Of a stretch of DNA of 64,000 bases, positions 1 to 9,409 are shown in pieces (the stretch's first letter is position 1; each line of letters opens with the position of its first letter). The notes under the pieces were generated by a model, which saw only the letters and a program-made list of their open reading frames with translations, was not told the DNA's origin and made no database searches. The DNA is taken from the NCBI GenBank assembly GCA_963746845.1, contig CAVVCZ010000004.1:928001-992000 (forward strand), read 5' to 3'. The DNA is from an uncultured Chloroflexia bacterium (lineage in GTDB: Bacteria > Chloroflexota > Limnocylindria > Limnocylindrales > CSP1-4). A program made the position numbers and the translations under genes.

Positions 1-271
1 TCCGGAGCGTGATCGCGAACGCGTCGCCCGGTCCGAGCACGATGAGGGTCTGCTTGCCTTCCGGGAGCGGCTGGACGAGCCAATGCCGGATCGTCGGGGC
101 GAGGGCGAACCCGATCGCCGATCCGGCGACGATCGCCAGCACACAGCGGATCAGGCGGGTCCGGAGCTCGCTGAGGTGATCGACGAGCGTCATCACGCCG
201 CCGGCCTCGGACGGAGCGGCGCTCGGGCTCGCCGGGACCCCGGCCCCGCGGACGGCGTCGGCGTCGGCCAT
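1..271 (-). CDS. tatC: Twin-arginine translocase subunit TatC (5' part, runs off window)
   Basis: Manual translation from ATG at 271: MADADAV...MTLVDHLSELRTRLIRCVLAIVAGSAIGF...; HLxELRxRL is the TatC N-terminal signature; lies directly downstream of tatA. Confidence 0.9.
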   Translation of the reverse strand, partial: MADADAVRGAGVPASPSAAPSEAGGVMTLVDHLSELRTRLIRCVLAIVAGSAIGFALAPTIRHWLVQPLPEGKQTLIVLGPGDAFAITLR

Positions 272-293
272 CAGCGGTCAGCCGGGCGCGAAG

Positions 294-632
294 TCAGGCG
301 GGCGGGGCGGCCGCGTCGTCGCCGCTCGTCGGCGGGACGGCGACCGGTGCCGGGGCCGGCGGGGCGGCCAGCGTGTTCGGAGTGGTCGCCTCCGCCAGGG
401 TGTTCGGGGCCACCGGGGCGTCAGGAGCCCCCGCGCCGGGGACGGGTGCGGCCGGAGCGGTCTGCGGACCGGCGTCGACGCGCGCCGCGTCCGTGATGTC
501 CTGGGAGGCCTTGCGGAACTCGCGAATGCTCTTGCCGAGGGCGGCGCCGACGTCGGGCAGGCGTCCGGGGCCGATCACGATGAGGGCGATCACGAGGATG
601 ATGATGAGCTCGACGGGCCCGATGTTCGGCAT
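294..632 (-). CDS. tatA: Twin-arginine translocase TatA/E subunit
   Basis: MPNIGPVELIIILVIALIVIGPGRLPDVGAALGKSIREFRK: TM helix, GPxRLP hinge, amphipathic helix; Pro/Ala-rich tail. Confidence 0.93.
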   Translation of the reverse strand: MPNIGPVELIIILVIALIVIGPGRLPDVGAALGKSIREFRKASQDITDAARVDAGPQTAPAAPVPGAGAPDAPVAPNTLAEATTPNTLAAPPAPAPVAVPPTSGDDAAAPPA

Positions 633-693
633 GGGATCTGGGTTCGACCTCGTGGGTGGCGTCCAGACGACGCCGGGCCGGCTGACGCGCTGG

Positions 694-1563
694 CTAGGGT
701 AGCACGGGCAGTCGCGCGGCCCACTCGCGGGCGGCCGCTGCGAGGGCTGCGCCAAGGTCCGTCGGGGCACCGCTCCCCACGCTCGTACCCACTCCTGCGA
801 TCCCGCGGGACACGTTGACGAGCAGCCCGCCGCCGGGTCGCCCACCGGCCGGCGCCGTTGTAGCCGGGCCGTCGCGCAGGACCGCGTCCTCGTCGCCGCC
901 CTGGGCCCCGACGCCGGGGACGAGGAACCCGAGCCCGGGGGCGATGGCGCGGATCTCGGCGAGCTCGCGCGGCGCCGTCGCGCCGACCACCAGACCGACC
1001 GTGCCGCCCGGCCCCCACCCCGTGACGCGCCGCGCGACGCGGGCATGGAGCGGCTCCCGTGGGTGGCCCGTGGCCGGGTCCGCTTCGACGACCAGTCCCT
1101 GCACCTCCGCGGCACCCGGGTTGGACGTCCGGCACAGGACGTAGGCGAAGCGATCCGTGCGGGCGAGGAGCGGTGCGATCGCCTCCTCCCCGAGGTACGG
1201 GTTGACGGTGACCGCGTCCGCGCCGAGGACATCGAACAGGGCGACGGCCTGGCGTGCTGCGGTGCTGCCGATGTCGCCGCGCTTCGCGTCCATCACGACC
1301 GGCAGGTCGGACGGGAGACGCGCTCTCAGACGCTCCAGGGCGGCCAGACCGGGCCCGCCGAAGGCCTCGAAGAACGCGACGTTCGGCTTGACGGCCGCGG
1401 CGACCGGGACGGCGGCGTCCAGGAGCAGCTCCGCGAACGCGGTGACGCCGCCGAGGTCCGGCGGGAACCCTTCCGGGAGCGCCGCGGGATCCGGGTCCAG
1501 CCCGACGCACAGCACGGTCCCGGTCGCTGCCGACCGGGCCGCGAGTCGCTCGAGGAACGTCAC
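694..1563 (-). CDS. pyrF: Orotidine-5'-phosphate decarboxylase (type 2)
   Basis: LCVGLDP, KPNVAFFE, DAKRGDIGST, TVNPYLG, RTSNPG, LVPGVGAQGG, NVSRGI motifs. Confidence 0.96.
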   Translation of the reverse strand: MTFLERLAARSAATGTVLCVGLDPDPAALPEGFPPDLGGVTAFAELLLDAAVPVAAAVKPNVAFFEAFGGPGLAALERLRARLPSDLPVVMDAKRGDIGSTAARQAVALFDVLGADAVTVNPYLGEEAIAPLLARTDRFAYVLCRTSNPGAAEVQGLVVEADPATGHPREPLHARVARRVTGWGPGGTVGLVVGATAPRELAEIRAIAPGLGFLVPGVGAQGGDEDAVLRDGPATTAPAGGRPGGGLLVNVSRGIAGVGTSVGSGAPTDLGAALAAAAREWAARLPVLP

Positions 1564-2816
1564 GGAGCGGACGAGGCGGGAGTCGAGGCGTCGCCGGACG
1601 GGGCGCCGCTCGCCGGCGCGGCACTGCCCGTCGAATCGGGGCCGCCCGAGGGCGCCGGCAGGTCCGCCGCGGGCGTGAACCAGCTCGGCCGGGATGCGCC
1701 GTCGAGCCCGGAGACCTTCGTCAGGTCGAGCGTCTTGCTGATGGACCAGCTCCCGTCGGACTGGTCGAGGTTCGCGAGCTTCAGGTCGACGATCGTGCCG
1801 GCGAGGTGCAGGAACGCGACGCCGTCGCCGCTGGGCGACCAGACCGGCGAGAAGGAGTGGTGGTCGTTCGTGACCTTCAGGACCTCCTTGCCGGAGCCGT
1901 CGAGGATCACGACGTCGGTCCCGAACGAGTCGGTCTTCGTCGCGGCCACGTACCGGCCGTCCGGCGAGAACGCGGGCGCGAGGTAGCCGGCGCCGGTGAA
2001 CGGCGACGTCTTCTTCGTGGCCGGGTCGTACTTGTACAGCTGGGGGGCACCGCGCGGGCCATCCCGGCCGTTCCGGACGTAGAGCATGACCTTGCCGTCA
2101 GGGCGCCAGGCCGGGTCCTGGTGCCCGAGCTGGCCCGACTCGGGCAGGTTCAGCGAGGTCAGCTTCCGCGTCGTGAGGTCGAACCGTTTGAGCACGACGT
2201 CGCTCTGGAGCGGGTTCGGGCCGTCGGAGACCACCATCACGCCCTTGCCGTCCGGCGTGGGCGTCGGCTCGCGCATCCAGTAGAACCAGGTCGAGCTGCC
2301 GCTCTGATAGCGACCGGTCAGGAGCCGCTGGGCGCCCGAGCCGTCCGGCTTGACGCGCATCAGCACCGGCGTCTCCAGGTCGTACCACGTGCGCTGGCCG
2401 CCGCCATTCGCCGGGAACCTGCCGCGACCCTCGTCGATGCGGATGAAGTAGACCCACTGGCCGTCGTCCGAGAACGCCGGCATCGAATCCGTGCCGCCGT
2501 TCGTCAGCTGGTGGACGTCCGTCGCGGTCTGGATCCAGATGTTGCCCGCCTTGGCGTACACGATCTGGCCGTGGAAGGCGACGTCCGGCTCGATGATCAC
2601 GACGTTCGACGGCGCCGGAGTGATCACGGGGCCGTTGCCCTGGTCGTTGCCGTTGTCCGTCGTCGCCTTCACGAACGGGAGGTCGCCGTTCAACAGCCCG
2701 ACCGTGAAGACCGTGATCAGCACGAGGCCGACCACCGCGATCGCCGGACCGATATAGCTCGTGACCGGTCCGATCCCGTACGGGTCGCGGGTCGATCGCT
2801 TCGGTCCGCCGCTCAT
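1560..2816 (-). CDS. Membrane-anchored TolB-like (PD40/WD40-like) beta-propeller protein
   Basis: Start MSGGPKR at 2816 overlaps the recJ stop; one N-terminal TM helix; repeats PAFSDDG, PTPTPDG, PAWRPDG, PAFSPDG, PVWSPSG. Confidence 0.8.
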   Translation of the reverse strand: MSGGPKRSTRDPYGIGPVTSYIGPAIAVVGLVLITVFTVGLLNGDLPFVKATTDNGNDQGNGPVITPAPSNVVIIEPDVAFHGQIVYAKAGNIWIQTATDVHQLTNGGTDSMPAFSDDGQWVYFIRIDEGRGRFPANGGGQRTWYDLETPVLMRVKPDGSGAQRLLTGRYQSGSSTWFYWMREPTPTPDGKGVMVVSDGPNPLQSDVVLKRFDLTTRKLTSLNLPESGQLGHQDPAWRPDGKVMLYVRNGRDGPRGAPQLYKYDPATKKTSPFTGAGYLAPAFSPDGRYVAATKTDSFGTDVVILDGSGKEVLKVTNDHHSFSPVWSPSGDGVAFLHLAGTIVDLKLANLDQSDGSWSISKTLDLTKVSGLDGASRPSWFTPAADLPAPSGGPDSTGSAAPASGAPSGDASTPASSAP

Positions 2817-4648
2817 GGGGACACCCCTGCCGGGGGCGTCACCGGAACCGGCTCCGGCAACCCGGCGTCCGTCGTCGATCCGGGTCGTTGCAGGCCGGCC
2901 GAGGCGACGTCGCGGATCTCGAGCTGGAGCGACTCGTAGCCTCCGAACGTCCGGGTCACGAGACGGGCGGCGACGTCCACGACATCGCCTTCGTGGACGG
3001 TGTCGGCCAGGTCCGAGCGCCCGAACGCGATCCCGTCCAGGACGTCGAGGCGGCGGCGAAGGGTGAGCTGGCTGTGGCCGCCGGTGGCGGCCCGGACGCG
3101 CGTCACGGTCAGGCTTTCGACGAGCAGGAGCGGCTCGGTGTTGCCGACGCCGCACGGCGCCAGCCGGGCGAGGTCGCGCTGGAGGGCGTAGTCGACGTCG
3201 AGCGCGCCGAGGACGAGGTCCACCTGGAGCGGACGACGCGGATCGGGTGGGGCGGCTTCGGCGGCGAGGGCGCCGAACGTCGTCACGAACTCCGGCCAGC
3301 GATCCGCGGCGATCTCGAAGCCGGCGGCGCCGGCGTGGCCGCCGTGCCGGAGGAACAGGCCCGAGCAGGCCTCGAGGGTCGCCCCGAGGTCGAGCCGGCC
3401 GTCGCTCCGGCACGAGGCGCGGACGACATCACCGAGGTCCGCGCCGACAACCGCGGGACGACCGTGATCCTCGACGAGCTTCGAGGCGACGAGCCCGACG
3501 ATCCCGACCGGCCACGGCCCATGGACGATCGTGGCCGCCGCGCCCACGCCCGCGGTCGTGCCGGTGAGCCCCTCGGCGATCATCGACGCGATCGAGGCCC
3601 GGGCCTCCGTCATCGCCTGGCTCGTGAGGTCGCGCCGGGTCTTGTTGGCGGCCTCGAGCTCTGCCGCGAGCCGATCGGCTTCGGCGCGGTCGTCGGTCAG
3701 CAGGAGCGCCGCGGCGGACTCGGTCTCGCCGATCCGGCCCGCGGCGTTGATCCGTGGCGCGACCCCGAACGAGAGGTCCTCGACGTCGACCGTCGCCGGC
3801 GTCATCGAGGCGGCGGCCAGCAGGGCCGCGATCCCGGGCCGAGGACGGCGCGCGATCGCCGCCAGCCCGAGCCGGACGATCGCGCGGGTCTCGCCGAGGA
3901 TCGGCACGAGGTCCGCGATGGAGCCGATCGTCGCCAGGTCCGCCAGCTCCAGCGCCGCCTCCGGTCCACCCGGCTCGCCGGCGAGCAGCAGCTGGGCCAG
4001 CTTGAACGCCACCCCGCTGCCGGCCAGCCGCCGTTCGGGGTATCCGCTGTCGGACCGCTGGGGGTTGACGAGCGCGAGGGCCGGCGGGGGCTGGGGCGGG
4101 ACGCGATGGTGATCCGTGACGAGGACGTCGATCCCCGAAGCGGCCGCCTCGGCGATCTCCGGGAGGCTGGTGGATCCGCAGTCGACGGTGACGATCACGC
4201 CCACCCCGCCCTCGACCGCGGCCGCGACCGCCTTGCGCGACAGGCCGTGACCCTCGTCGAGACGGCTCGGGACGTACGGGATCGCGTCGATGCCGAGGAG
4301 CCGGAGCGCCCGGACGAGGATCGCGAGGCCGGTCAGCCCGTCGGCATCGAAGTCGCCGAACACCATGACGCGCTCGCTCGCGCTCCGGGCACGCATGATC
4401 CGGTCGCGGAAGACGGTCGCGTCGGGCAGGAGGCTCGGGTCGTGGAGCCCGTCCAGCGGGTCGGCGAAGAAGGCGTCGAGCTCCGCCGTGGTCGCGATGC
4501 CGCGGCTCGCCAGCAGCCCGGTCGTCCGTGCGCCGAGACCGTGCCGCGAACCTGCCGCCAGCAGCGCCTCGGTCGGCTGGACGCGTTCGGCCAGCCGCCA
4601 GGCGAAGCGGGGTTCGATCACGCCGTCAGGATGCCACGCGACGCTCAC
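2813..4648 (-). CDS. recJ: Single-stranded DNA exonuclease RecJ
   Basis: GDFDADG, TVDCG, TDHH, IADLVP, PRINAAGR, GGHAGAAG DHH-family motifs. Confidence 0.95.
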   Translation of the reverse strand: MSVAWHPDGVIEPRFAWRLAERVQPTEALLAAGSRHGLGARTTGLLASRGIATTAELDAFFADPLDGLHDPSLLPDATVFRDRIMRARSASERVMVFGDFDADGLTGLAILVRALRLLGIDAIPYVPSRLDEGHGLSRKAVAAAVEGGVGVIVTVDCGSTSLPEIAEAAASGIDVLVTDHHRVPPQPPPALALVNPQRSDSGYPERRLAGSGVAFKLAQLLLAGEPGGPEAALELADLATIGSIADLVPILGETRAIVRLGLAAIARRPRPGIAALLAAASMTPATVDVEDLSFGVAPRINAAGRIGETESAAALLLTDDRAEADRLAAELEAANKTRRDLTSQAMTEARASIASMIAEGLTGTTAGVGAAATIVHGPWPVGIVGLVASKLVEDHGRPAVVGADLGDVVRASCRSDGRLDLGATLEACSGLFLRHGGHAGAAGFEIAADRWPEFVTTFGALAAEAAPPDPRRPLQVDLVLGALDVDYALQRDLARLAPCGVGNTEPLLLVESLTVTRVRAATGGHSQLTLRRRLDVLDGIAFGRSDLADTVHEGDVVDVAARLVTRTFGGYESLQLEIRDVASAGLQRPGSTTDAGLPEPVPVTPPAGVSP

Positions 4649-4719
4649 CGCCGGGTTCTCTCCGGATGCACGCGCGCTCCACCGCGGGTGCTCCGGACGG
4701 TCCCGGCCGGCACGATGGG

Positions 4720-6000
4720 TCAGGACGCCGCGCGGCGGGTTCGCGGAGCGCGCGACGAGCCGGTCCGGCCAAGGCGCTTCGCCTCCCAGTTGTGCCAGAC
4801 GACCAGGAGGGGCGCGGCGTTGAAGATCGACGAGTACGTCCCCGAGATGATCCCGATCAGCAGGGCGAGGACGAAGTTCCGGATCGCGCTGCCGCCGAAC
4901 AGGTACAGGGCCAGCAGGGTCAGGACGACCGTGAAGCTCGTCATGATCGAGCGGGCGAACGTCTGCAGGATCGAGTGGTTGACGATCTCCTCGAACGGCT
5001 CGCCGGCATGGCGGGCGCGGTTCTCGCGGATCCGGTCGAAGACGACGATCGTGTCATGGACGCTGAAGCCGATGACGGTCAGCATCGCCGTCACGAACAG
5101 GGCGTCGATCTCGACGCGGAAGAACGTCCCGAGGATCGCGAACGTCCCGACGACGACGATCACGTCGTGGACGAGGGCGACCAGCGCGGTCACGCCGAAC
5201 TTCACGTCCTGGAACCGGTAGGTGATCCAGAGCAGGATCCCGAGCGAGCCGACCATGATCAGGATCAGTGCCTGACGGATCAGGTCCGACGAGACCACCG
5301 GGCCGATCGTCGTCAAGGAGGCCTGCTCCGCGATCGGGCCGAGGGCGGCCTCGAGGGCCTTGACCATCTCGCCGCCCTTGCCGTCGGTCGGGAGCTCCGT
5401 GTTGCCGGTGCCGGTCGACGGTGACGCCGACGGGGAGGCCGACGCGCCCGGAGACCCGCTCGGCGCCGGGGAGCCGCTCGGGCTCGCCGAGGGACTGGGG
5501 GTCGGGCTGGTGCTCGGTGCCGGCGAGGCGGACGGGACCGGCGACCCGGACGCGGCCGGGGCTCCGGAGCCCGAGGCGGCCGGCGCCGAGGCAGACACGG
5601 ACGGCGCCGCCGAGGGCGAGCCGGACGTCGCCGCCGAGGGCGAGCCGGACGGCGGGCCCGAGGCACTCGGTGTCGGGGCGAGCGTCGGGACGGGCGTCGG
5701 CGACGGAGCGGGCGGACGGAGGCCGATGGGGTCGGTCTTGATGTCCATGAACCCGTCGCCCTGCTTGACGACGATCGCCTGGAGATCGTTCTCCTTGAAG
5801 ACCGCGGCCACCTGGTCGGCGGTGACGTTCGGATCCGCGAACCGGATCTGCCAGGTCGTGCCGCCGGTGTAGTCGATCGTGAACTGCAGGCCGGCCTGGC
5901 CGTTCGAGAAGAACGTCAGGAGGATGAAGAACAGGCCCGGGATCGTGATGATCGCGGAGAAGAGGAAGAACCACCGCCGCTTCCCGATGATGTCATACAC
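4720..6000 (-). CDS. secF: Protein translocase subunit SecF with long Pro/Ser/Ala insertion
   Basis: IDYTGG, TIGP, HDV, GFSVHDTIVVFDRIRE, GTYSSIF motifs; overlaps secD end. Confidence 0.95.
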   Translation of the reverse strand: MYDIIGKRRWFFLFSAIITIPGLFFILLTFFSNGQAGLQFTIDYTGGTTWQIRFADPNVTADQVAAVFKENDLQAIVVKQGDGFMDIKTDPIGLRPPAPSPTPVPTLAPTPSASGPPSGSPSAATSGSPSAAPSVSASAPAASGSGAPAASGSPVPSASPAPSTSPTPSPSASPSGSPAPSGSPGASASPSASPSTGTGNTELPTDGKGGEMVKALEAALGPIAEQASLTTIGPVVSSDLIRQALILIMVGSLGILLWITYRFQDVKFGVTALVALVHDVIVVVGTFAILGTFFRVEIDALFVTAMLTVIGFSVHDTIVVFDRIRENRARHAGEPFEEIVNHSILQTFARSIMTSFTVVLTLLALYLFGGSAIRNFVLALLIGIISGTYSSIFNAAPLLVVWHNWEAKRLGRTGSSRAPRTRRAAS

Positions 6001-7357
6001 GCGAGCGGGCCTCTCCTCTGAGGCGAGCGCGACCCGGCGGGAGACCGGCGGCGACGAACTCCTCTTCGCTGACGCCGTACAGGCTGGCCTTGCGCGACCA
6101 GCTCTGGGCGACGATCCAGCGGAGGATCGTCCTCGAGACGACGATGGCGCTGAACATCGACACGAGCACGCCGATGATCAGGACGAGGGCGAACCCGCGG
6201 ATCGTCGACGAGCCGAAGAGGTACAGGATCGTGGCGGTGATCAGGCTCGACACGTTCGAGTCGAGGATCGAGTTCCACGCCCGCCCGAAGCCGGCCTCGA
6301 CCGCGGCCGGCAGCGACTTGCCGACGCGCAGCTCCTCCTTCATCCGCTCGAAGATCAGGATGTTGGCGTCGACCGCCATGCCGATCGAGAGGACGAACCC
6401 GGCGATCCCGGCGAGGGTCAGTGTGACGGGGATCAGCCGGAAGATCGCCAGGACGACGAGCGTGTAGTAGATCAGGGCGAAGCTCGCGACGACGCCGAGG
6501 AGCCGGTAGTAGATCAGCATGAACATGATCACGAGCGCGATGCCCACCGCGCCGGCCAGCAGGCTCTGGCTGAAGAACTGCTCGCCGAGCGTCGCGCTGA
6601 TCGTCTGGGCCGACAGCTCGACGACCGGGAACGGCAGCGAGCCGAACTGGAGGACGGTGACGAGCTCCGTGGCCTCGGCGAGCGGATAGCCGCCGATGCT
6701 GTTGTCCTGGCTGATCTGGACGTTGCCGCCGGGGATCGCGCTGTTGATCACGGGCGCCGAGATGACCTTGCCGTCGAGCACGATCGCGAAGTAGTCGCCG
6801 ATGTGCGCGGCCGTGTAGTCCCCGAAGAGCTTGGCGCCCTCGTCCTTCAGGTTGAACGTGACGACACGCTTGCCGAGCTGGTCCGTGCCGATGGCCGCGC
6901 TCGCGAGCTGTTCCCCGGAGAACAGCGGCGGGAACTGGGTCTCGTCGACGGTGTCGCCCTTCTGCTTGGGCGTCTGGCCGAGCGGCACGAAGTCGAGTCG
7001 GCCGGTCTGGCCGACCAGGCGGCGGATGGCCTCCGGGTCCGAGACTCCGGGCAGCTCGATCACGATCCGGTCGCTGCCCTGGGTCGTCACGAGCGGCTCC
7101 GAGACGCCCGTCGCGTTGACCCGGTTCTCGATGATCTGGCGGATGACCTCGAGGTCCTCCGGCCGCGGGATCTTGTCGCCGACCTGCTGCGCCTGGTACT
7201 CGACGCGGAGTCCGCCCTGCAGGTCGAGACCGAGCTTCGTCTCGATCGGACGGTTCCCGGAATTGCTCGAATTGGGGAGCGTCAGTCCCGGGACGAAGTT
7301 CACGATGAGGGCGAGGACGCCGATGACGAGGATGAGAATCGGGCCGGCTTTGCGCAT
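5993..7357 (-). CDS. secD: Protein translocase subunit SecD
   Basis: LGLDLQGG, RVNATGVSEP, IELPG, AIVLDG, GMAVDANILIFER, DSN motifs. Confidence 0.96.
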   Translation of the reverse strand: MRKAGPILILVIGVLALIVNFVPGLTLPNSSNSGNRPIETKLGLDLQGGLRVEYQAQQVGDKIPRPEDLEVIRQIIENRVNATGVSEPLVTTQGSDRIVIELPGVSDPEAIRRLVGQTGRLDFVPLGQTPKQKGDTVDETQFPPLFSGEQLASAAIGTDQLGKRVVTFNLKDEGAKLFGDYTAAHIGDYFAIVLDGKVISAPVINSAIPGGNVQISQDNSIGGYPLAEATELVTVLQFGSLPFPVVELSAQTISATLGEQFFSQSLLAGAVGIALVIMFMLIYYRLLGVVASFALIYYTLVVLAIFRLIPVTLTLAGIAGFVLSIGMAVDANILIFERMKEELRVGKSLPAAVEAGFGRAWNSILDSNVSSLITATILYLFGSSTIRGFALVLIIGVLVSMFSAIVVSRTILRWIVAQSWSRKASLYGVSEEEFVAAGLPPGRARLRGEARSRV

Positions 7358-7456
7358 CAGCGGCGGATGATACAGGACGGGTCCGCGAACCCGAGATGAA
7401 CTTTCCTTCGCGAGTTCACCACCATCGCCGGCCCCGCCGACCCTCGCGATCCCCGG

Positions 7457-9313
7457 CTACCCCTCGAGCGTCGCCTTGATCCGCTCGGCGAGGGCCGGCC
7501 CGATCCCGGGCACCGCCGCGATCTGCTCGACCGGCGCGTCCCGGACCCGCTTGGCCGAGCCGAAGACACGCAGCAGCGCGCGCCGGCGCTTCGGGCCGAC
7601 GCCCGGAAGGTCGTCGAACGCCGAGTGGGTCTGGCGCTTCGAGCGCAGGTCCCGGTGGTACGTGATCGCGAACCGATGCGCCTCGTCGCGCAGCCGCTGG
7701 ACGAGGTACAGCGCCGCCGAGGTCGGCGGCAGGACGACCGGCACCGACGATCCGGGCAGGAACAGCTCCTCGCGCTCCTTGGCCAGGCCGGCCATCGGCA
7801 GGTCGTGGAGCCCCAGCTCGTCGAGGACCTCCTTCGCGGCGCTGACCTGGCCCTTCCCCCCGTCGATGATCACGAGGTCCGGCATCGCCCAGCGAAGCGC
7901 CTCCTCGGCGCCCTCGTCCCCGGCCTTCGCCCGGCGGAACCGCCGCCGGAGCACCTCCTGGTGCGACGCGAAGTCGTTCGCCCCGATGACGGTCCGGATC
8001 TTGAACCGCCGGTACTCGCCCGGACGCGGCCGGCCCTCCTCGAACACGACCATCGATCCGACCGAGTCCGACCCCTGGACGTTCGAGATGTCGTAGCACT
8101 CGATCCGGAGCGGCGGCCCGGCCAGCGCGAGCGCCTCGGCCAGCTCCTCCAGGGCCGCCAGGGTCTTGCCCTCGTCGGCGAGCCAGCGCGCGTGCTCGCG
8201 GGCCAGCGTCTCGGTCGCGTTCTGGGTCGCCAGCGCCATCAGCTCGCGCTTCTCGCCGCGCTGCGGAACGGACAGATGGACCGGTCCCCCGCGACGCAGG
8301 GCGAGGAACGCTTCGAGGTCGGCCGTGTCGGGCAGGGCGAGCGGCACGAACAGCGCGGGCGGCACGGACGTCGCGCGCGCGTAGAACTGCTCGAGGAAGC
8401 TGGACAGGACCTCCTCGTCGGAGGCCTCGCGGACGGCGTCGAGCAGGAACACGTCGCGCCCGATCATCTTCCCGCCGCGGATCGCGAACAGCTGGATCGC
8501 CGCCTGGTTGTCCTGCCGCGCCAGCCCGACGAGATCCAGCTCGGTCCGCTTGAACGCGGCCATCTTCTGGCTCTCCATCGTCCGCTCGATCGCCCGGATC
8601 TTGTCGCGGATCGCGGCCGCCCCCTCGTAGTCCGTCCGTTCGGACGCCGCCTGCATGTCGCGCCCCAGCGCCTTCACGACCGACTCCTGGCGGCCCTCGA
8701 GGAACAGCTGGATCTGCTCGATCTGGGCGCCGTAGTCGGCCTTCGAGACGGCCTCGATGCAGGGGCCCTGGCAGCGCTTGATGTGGTACAGCAGGCACGG
8801 CCGGGCGAGCGCACGCTCACCGTCGTGGATGTCGATCGTGCACGTCCGGAACGGGAACAGCCGGCGGACGAGGTTCATCGACTCGTCGACCGAGCTCGCC
8901 GACGCATACGGCCCGAAGTAGCGGCTGCCGTCCTGGACGAGCTTCCGTGTCCGCTCGACCCGCGGGAAGTCGTCGGCCATCGTGATCTTGATGTACGGGT
9001 AGCTCTTGTCGTCCTTGAGCCGGACGTTGAACCGCGGCCGGAACCGCTTGATCAGGTTGGCCTCGAGGAGGAGCGCCTCGCTGACCGAGTCGGTGATCGT
9101 GTACTCGACGTCGACGACCCGATCGATGACCGACCGGATCCGGTGGCCCTCGAGCGGGCCCTGACCGGTCTGCTTCTGCCAGTAGCTCCGGACGCGGCTC
9201 TTCAGGCTCTGCGCCTTGCCGACGTACACGACGTCGCCGCGCGCGTCGCGCATCAGGTAGACGCCGGGCCGGTCAGGGAGCTTGCGGAGGGTCGCCTGGA
9301 GCTCGGGGGTCAC
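7457..9313 (-). CDS. uvrC: Excinuclease ABC subunit C
   Basis: GIY-YIG (PGVYLM..YVGKA), LLEANLIK, CYDISN, PDLVIIDGGKGQ, RDEAHRFA, C-terminal HhH. Confidence 0.97.
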   Translation of the reverse strand: MTPELQATLRKLPDRPGVYLMRDARGDVVYVGKAQSLKSRVRSYWQKQTGQGPLEGHRIRSVIDRVVDVEYTITDSVSEALLLEANLIKRFRPRFNVRLKDDKSYPYIKITMADDFPRVERTRKLVQDGSRYFGPYASASSVDESMNLVRRLFPFRTCTIDIHDGERALARPCLLYHIKRCQGPCIEAVSKADYGAQIEQIQLFLEGRQESVVKALGRDMQAASERTDYEGAAAIRDKIRAIERTMESQKMAAFKRTELDLVGLARQDNQAAIQLFAIRGGKMIGRDVFLLDAVREASDEEVLSSFLEQFYARATSVPPALFVPLALPDTADLEAFLALRRGGPVHLSVPQRGEKRELMALATQNATETLAREHARWLADEGKTLAALEELAEALALAGPPLRIECYDISNVQGSDSVGSMVVFEEGRPRPGEYRRFKIRTVIGANDFASHQEVLRRRFRRAKAGDEGAEEALRWAMPDLVIIDGGKGQVSAAKEVLDELGLHDLPMAGLAKEREELFLPGSSVPVVLPPTSAALYLVQRLRDEAHRFAITYHRDLRSKRQTHSAFDDLPGVGPKRRRALLRVFGSAKRVRDAPVEQIAAVPGIGPALAERIKATLEG

Positions 9314-9409
9314 CCACCGATGCTAGGGCACGCGGCGCCAGGACGCGGGGAACGATGAAGTGCGGCGGCCGGACGTGTCCCCGTCGTCGGGCCGCCGCAG
9401 GTGCATGCG

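Noticed and set aside
5400-5720. CRISPR or non-coding tandem array
   Set aside because: The repeats are in-frame coding sequence without a repeat-spacer structure; no cas genes in the window.
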